Source of the DNA: a cyanobacterium endosymbiont of Braarudosphaera bigelowii
GTDB lineage: Bacteria; Cyanobacteriota; Cyanobacteriia; Cyanobacteriales; Microcystaceae
Reading direction: 5' to 3'
NCBI RefSeq assembly: GCF_020885515.1
Contig: NZ_AP024987.1
Span: forward strand, 1,290,001 to 1,322,000
Length of the DNA stretch: 32,000 bases
This document shows positions 28,276-32,000 of this stretch, one piece after another (position 1 is the stretch's first letter; each line of letters opens with the position of its first letter). The notes beneath the pieces were generated by a model. That model was not told where the DNA came from, did no database searches, and was given only the letters and a program-made list of their open reading frames with translations. The translations under genes and the position numbers were made by a program.

Positions 28276-29535
28276 ATGAAGCCCATTGACATTCTAATAC
28301 TTTCAAATGGCCCAGGAGAAATAACTACCTGGGTCAGACCTGTTGTAGTTTCTTTGCGCAATCTTCTTGGAAATGATCGCTCTCAAGTCAGAATTTCAGT
28401 AATGTTATCCCCATGTCCTCATAGTACAGGACAAGAATCTCTTATTGTTGAAAATTATATTGAAGTAGACCGAGTACAGTCTAGTAAGTTTTTTTTCCCT
28501 TTCATATTATTTGGAAAAACATCTGATAATTGGGACTGGAGAAAAAAAGGAATTGTTTTATTTTTAGGTGGCGATCAGTTTTATACTTTACTTGTTAGTA
28601 AAAGATTAGGATATAAATCTTTAACTTATGCAGAATGGGAAGCTAGATGGTATCGCTGGCTTGATACTTTTGCTGTTATGAATCAACCTGTTATTAATAA
28701 AGTTCCACAAATATATCAAAATAAATTTATAGTTGTTGGAGATTTAATGGCAGATTTTACTCCAGCTCCATTAGACATAGTGAAAATGGTTGGTAATCCT
28801 TTCATTGCTCTTTTACCTGGTTCTAAAGCAGGTAAATTAACTCAAGGGGTTCCACTCTGTTTAGCTATTGCTAAGCATATTTATCAACAGCGTCCTAATA
28901 CTTACTTCATTCTTCCAGTTGCTCCTACGTTAAATATTAGCGACTTAGTCCACTATGCTCAATCTAGCCATAATCCTCTTGTAAAAGAAATGGGAGGAGT
29001 AGAGGCTAGTTTAACAGTTAGAAATATTAACAAGGTAAAAAAATACTTTTTACAAATTAATAATGGACCTAATATAGAATTAATTAATGATTCTCCAGCA
29101 CATTCTTATTTACGTAAATGTTGCCTTGCACTTACAACTGTAGGAGCTAATACTGCAGAATTAGGAGCCTTGGGCATTCCAATGATAGTTTTACTTCCAA
29201 CTCAAAAGCTCGATGCTATGAGAACATGGGATGGTATCCCAGGAATTTTATCTAGCTTGCCATTTGTTGGGAGTAAGTTTGCAAAATTTATAAATTCGCA
29301 AGTTATTAAAGAAGGTCGTTTATTTGCATGGCCTAATATATGGGCAAAAGAAAAAATTGTTCCTGAACTAGTGGGAGAGTTACAGCCGGATCAGATAGCT
29401 AACAAAGTTTTAGACTTTCTAAATAACCCTTTAAAACTACAAAAGATACACTATAACTTACTAAAAGTTAGAGGAAATTCTGGAGCAGCTTTTCGAATTG
29501 CTAAAATTATTAGAGATCAATTAGATTTGACTTAA
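28276..29535 (+). CDS. Lipid-A-disaccharide synthase-related protein (LpxB-like GT-B fold paralogue, cyanobacterial type)
   Basis: 419 aa. The N-terminal 'IDILILSNGPGEITTWVRPVV' occupies the position of the LpxB 'ISAGEASGD' motif, and 'LPGSKAGKL' and 'TTVGANTAELGALGIPMIV' fit the GT-B C-terminal half. The length and the divergent N-terminal motif suggest the LpxB-related family rather than bona fide LpxB. Confidence 0.55.
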   Translation: MKPIDILILSNGPGEITTWVRPVVVSLRNLLGNDRSQVRISVMLSPCPHSTGQESLIVENYIEVDRVQSSKFFFPFILFGKTSDNWDWRKKGIVLFLGGDQFYTLLVSKRLGYKSLTYAEWEARWYRWLDTFAVMNQPVINKVPQIYQNKFIVVGDLMADFTPAPLDIVKMVGNPFIALLPGSKAGKLTQGVPLCLAIAKHIYQQRPNTYFILPVAPTLNISDLVHYAQSSHNPLVKEMGGVEASLTVRNINKVKKYFLQINNGPNIELINDSPAHSYLRKCCLALTTVGANTAELGALGIPMIVLLPTQKLDAMRTWDGIPGILSSLPFVGSKFAKFINSQVIKEGRLFAWPNIWAKEKIVPELVGELQPDQIANKVLDFLNNPLKLQKIHYNLLKVRGNSGAAFRIAKIIRDQLDLT

Positions 29536-29777
29536 TACTTAATTGTTTTCATCATATGAAGTTAACCTTATATTAAGGTAAAGTAAATATTTATTTTAAA
29601 ATAATTCAAATATATAAATAGGTTTATGTGTCCATAATGAACAAATTATGTAAGATTAGACTGAATAGTTCGTATAGAAATTTTTCCTGAAAAATTATTT
29701 TGTGAATAGAAGCATAACTTACTATATAAATGGTAAGATCTTCTTGTCTGGCACAGTCACAATATTAAGGAAAAACC

Positions 29778-30191
29778 ATGGTAGAAGAGACAAAGCCTAA
29801 AGAAAAAAAAGAGAAAAAGGAAAAACCTCCTGCTATTGAGGATAAGCCATTTACTGAGTTTATAGAGCAGCATTTTGTACCTACTCTTAAAGAAAGTTTA
29901 AATAAAAAAGGGTTAACTGATATAGAACTATCTTTTACTCAAGCCCCAATTTCTATTGTTGGTGCAAGTACCAATGAATCTTGTTCGCAAATCATTGGTA
30001 CTTGGAGTAATAGTCAACGTCAATTTATAATTTATTTTCCTGAAGAAAGCATTAGTGGTCAAAAGGCCTTTTCTTATGGCCATAATAATAAATTTTTTAG
30101 CACTCTTGAATCTTTTATGATAGACGAGCGCAAGGTTACTCTAGATCTTCTAATACTGTACACATTGCAGCGTATTACTAGACAGAAATGA
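29778..30191 (+). CDS. Conserved cyanobacterial/plastid-lineage hypothetical protein (DUF2996-like)
   Basis: 137 aa with an AAGGA Shine-Dalgarno sequence 9 nt upstream. Lys/Glu-rich N-terminus, then 'PFTEFIEQHFVPTLKESL' and 'FMIDERKVTLDLL'. The family assignment is from memory of the motif pattern only. Confidence 0.5.
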   Translation: MVEETKPKEKKEKKEKPPAIEDKPFTEFIEQHFVPTLKESLNKKGLTDIELSFTQAPISIVGASTNESCSQIIGTWSNSQRQFIIYFPEESISGQKAFSYGHNNKFFSTLESFMIDERKVTLDLLILYTLQRITRQK

Positions 30192-30412
30192 TCTGCTAAA
30201 TATTTATTAAAACTGAGTTGATTAATCATATAGGTCATCAACTCTATAATGGTGAAGATATAGCCTAGATTATCTTAGTTGATAAATACTTATTGTGAGG
30301 ATTAGCGCTTCAGAAAGAAAATATGTTGATCCTCACATAGGCTATATAATTATAGAAACATACTCATCATAGTAGGTAAGTCTTAAATAATCTTTTTTTT
30401 TACTTACTAAGA

Positions 30413-31348
30413 TTAGAAGGTAGAAAACTCTCCTAAGATTTTTACTTCTGGTTCAAGTAATAATGACCAATGGTCTTGAACCTTTTGTTGAACATAGCGA
30501 ATTAAATAGAAAATATCTTCTGCCTTAGCATGACCACAATTTAAAATAAAATTAGCGTGACAATGAGATATTTCAGCATCACCTACACGGTGACCTTTTA
30601 ATCCTAATTGTTCTATTAACCATCCTGCTGAATATGACGAAGGATTTCGAAACACGCTTCCACAGCTTGGCTTGTCATAAGGTTGAGAACTTTTTCTTTT
30701 TTGAAGATTTTCTTGCGTTTTCTTTGTTATCTCTTCTCTAGTGAATCCTTGTTGCAGTTGAAGAGTTGCTTCAAGAACTAAATATTTTCCATTTTGCAAA
30801 AAGGAAGTTCTATAATTATAATTTAGATCTTCAGGTGTCAATGTTTTAATTTTACCATCGTAAGACAAAACAACTACATTCACTAATAAATCAGCGATAC
30901 ACTTATTGTGAGCCCCTGCATTCATAACAACTGCTCCACCAACTGTTCCAGGAATACCAACAGCCCATTCTAGGCCTAGCCAACCTTTTTTAGCAGCTTG
31001 CCAAGCGACACTGACAATTGGTCTTCCCGCAGCTACTGTAACACATCCTGTCTCCTCATTAAATTGATAATGACGAAAATTACGTGTACTTAGTACTAAT
31101 CCTTCAATCCCTTTATCACTTATTAAAAGATTAGAACCAGCTCCCAGTAATGTTAATGACAAATTTTTACTTGAGAACCATTCAAAAGTTGCTTGTAGTT
31201 CTTGCCAATTATGGGGAGTTGCATACCATTGAGCTTTTCCACCTACTTTGTAAGAAGTGTAAGGAGCCAAAGATACATTACTATGAATCTTCCCCATAGC
31301 ACCATGTGATTTAATATATCCAGACAAAGAAGGAAATAGATGAGTCAT
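30413..31348 (-). CDS. murB: UDP-N-acetylenolpyruvoylglucosamine reductase
   Basis: 311 aa. 'YTSYKVGGKAQWY', 'LLGAGSNLLISD', 'GIPGTVGGAVVMNAGAH' and 'SCGSVFRNP' are MurB FAD-binding and catalytic motifs. Confidence 0.95.
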   Translation of the reverse strand: MTHLFPSLSGYIKSHGAMGKIHSNVSLAPYTSYKVGGKAQWYATPHNWQELQATFEWFSSKNLSLTLLGAGSNLLISDKGIEGLVLSTRNFRHYQFNEETGCVTVAAGRPIVSVAWQAAKKGWLGLEWAVGIPGTVGGAVVMNAGAHNKCIADLLVNVVVLSYDGKIKTLTPEDLNYNYRTSFLQNGKYLVLEATLQLQQGFTREEITKKTQENLQKRKSSQPYDKPSCGSVFRNPSSYSAGWLIEQLGLKGHRVGDAEISHCHANFILNCGHAKAEDIFYLIRYVQQKVQDHWSLLLEPEVKILGEFSTF

Positions 31349-31464
31349 AAACTATCTAAATTAATTAAAGTTGACTGGAAAATACGACTGCTAGCTTAAT
31401 AAATTGTTCCGTTTCATGGACATGGTACATACTATAGTTTAATCAATTTTAATTATTAGTTAAT

Positions 31465-32000
31465 TCAACAAAGATTAATAATATTAGGGATAATTTGGTT
31501 TAGATTACCTGCACCCAAAAATAGAGCCAAGTCTTTAGGCTGTAATAATTCAGGAAGTTTCTGAGATAGAATTTCTAGAGATGGAAAATAAAATACTTGA
31601 GGATGGTTTTTCTTAACTTCTCTAACTAGATCTTCGCCATGTATATTATTAATATTAATTTCTCCAGCACCATAAATATCTGTTAAAACTACTAGATCTG
31701 CATTATTAAAACAAGTAGCAAATTTCTCTAATAAAGCAAAAGTACGGCTATATCGATGAGGCTGAAAGATAACAACTACACGATTAATTAAAGTATTGTC
31801 AATTTTAGAAACTGCTGCTGATAAAGTTGCATCAATCTCACTAGGATGATGGGCATAGTCGTCAATGAAAGTGATTTCGTTACAATAACCACGTTTTTCA
31901 AAACGCCTTTTTGGTCCTTGAAAATTTAATAGCGCATTTACAATGGTAGAAAATTCTAAACCTAGTTCCCTTCCAACAGCAATAGTAGCAAGAGCATTAC
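31465..32000 (-). CDS. murC: UDP-N-acetylmuramate--L-alanine ligase, C-terminal part (5' end beyond window)
   Basis: Not in the ORF track because no start codon lies inside the window. My minus-strand translation reads ...NALATIAVGRELGLEFSTIVNALLNFQGPKRRFEKRGYCNEITFIDDYAHHPSEIDATLSAA...VVIFQPHRYSRTFALLEKFATCFNNADLVVLTDIYGAGE...DLALFLGAGNLNQIIPNIINLC*. 'IDDYAHHPSEI' and 'FQPHRYSRT' are Mur ligase C-terminal signatures. It forms a murC-murB tandem on the minus strand. Confidence 0.93.
   Translation of the reverse strand, partial: NALATIAVGRELGLEFSTIVNALLNFQGPKRRFEKRGYCNEITFIDDYAHHPSEIDATLSAAVSKIDNTLINRVVVIFQPHRYSRTFALLEKFATCFNNADLVVLTDIYGAGEININNIHGEDLVREVKKNHPQVFYFPSLEILSQKLPELLQPKDLALFLGAGNLNQIIPNIINLC

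Noticed and set aside
1-32000. Search for CRISPR repeats, tandem or dispersed repeat families, IS or transposase ends, integrase/att sites next to the tRNA, toxin-antitoxin pairs, restriction-modification or other defence genes, and HIP1 (GCGATCGC) palindromes
   Set aside because: I found none. There are no regularly spaced direct repeats, and the tRNA-Leu flanks are plain AT-rich spacer with no integrase or duplicated tRNA 3' end. No intact GCGATCGC was seen, only partial TGATCGC remnants. The one repeated 12-mer I checked (ATTAGATACTTT at 13151 and 14079) is within chance expectation for this composition.

Overview
AT-rich (about 30% GC by eye) cyanobacterial chromosome segment carrying single-copy housekeeping genes on both strands. 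I support 24 intact or edge-truncated protein genes, one low-confidence small ORF, one tRNA-Leu(GAG) and one unannotated pseudogene. The genes are: RNase II-family exoribonuclease (5' partial), a stand-alone DALR-domain protein, aroQ, thrS, serS, rodA, mrp/apbC, an ABC1/UbiB kinase, chlM, glgC, uvrB, a VanX/DdpX-type D-Ala-D-Ala dipeptidase next to a family-5 peptide-binding lipoprotein, sat, a caspase-fold protein, an LptD/OstA-like protein, rpsP plus a KH-domain gene, an LpxB-related protein, a DUF2996-like protein, murB and murC (3' part only, missing from the ORF track). I see no rRNA, CRISPR array, transposase, integrase, phage gene, toxin-antitoxin pair or recognisable defence gene, so I cannot support a claim of a novel multi-gene system here. 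The gene set and protein sequences look like the Cyanothece/Crocosphaera lineage. The low GC, long AT-rich spacers and gene decay suggest a genome-reduced relative such as UCYN-A or a diatom spheroid body; this is inference and needs a database search. The points most worth a second look are listed here. (1) A Bcp/PrxQ peroxiredoxin pseudogene sits in the 'empty' 960-bp spacer at 7009-7970; its frame is intact but it has 4 nonsense codons. (2) The caspase-fold protein has a Tat-type signal and both catalytic residues replaced (His->Tyr, Cys->Ser). (3) A binding-protein plus D-Ala-D-Ala dipeptidase pair has no adjacent permease or ATPase genes. (4) There are two long perfect hairpins in spacers. 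Several ORF-track starts were moved to better-supported start codons (aroQ, uvrB, sat, KH protein, small ORF).
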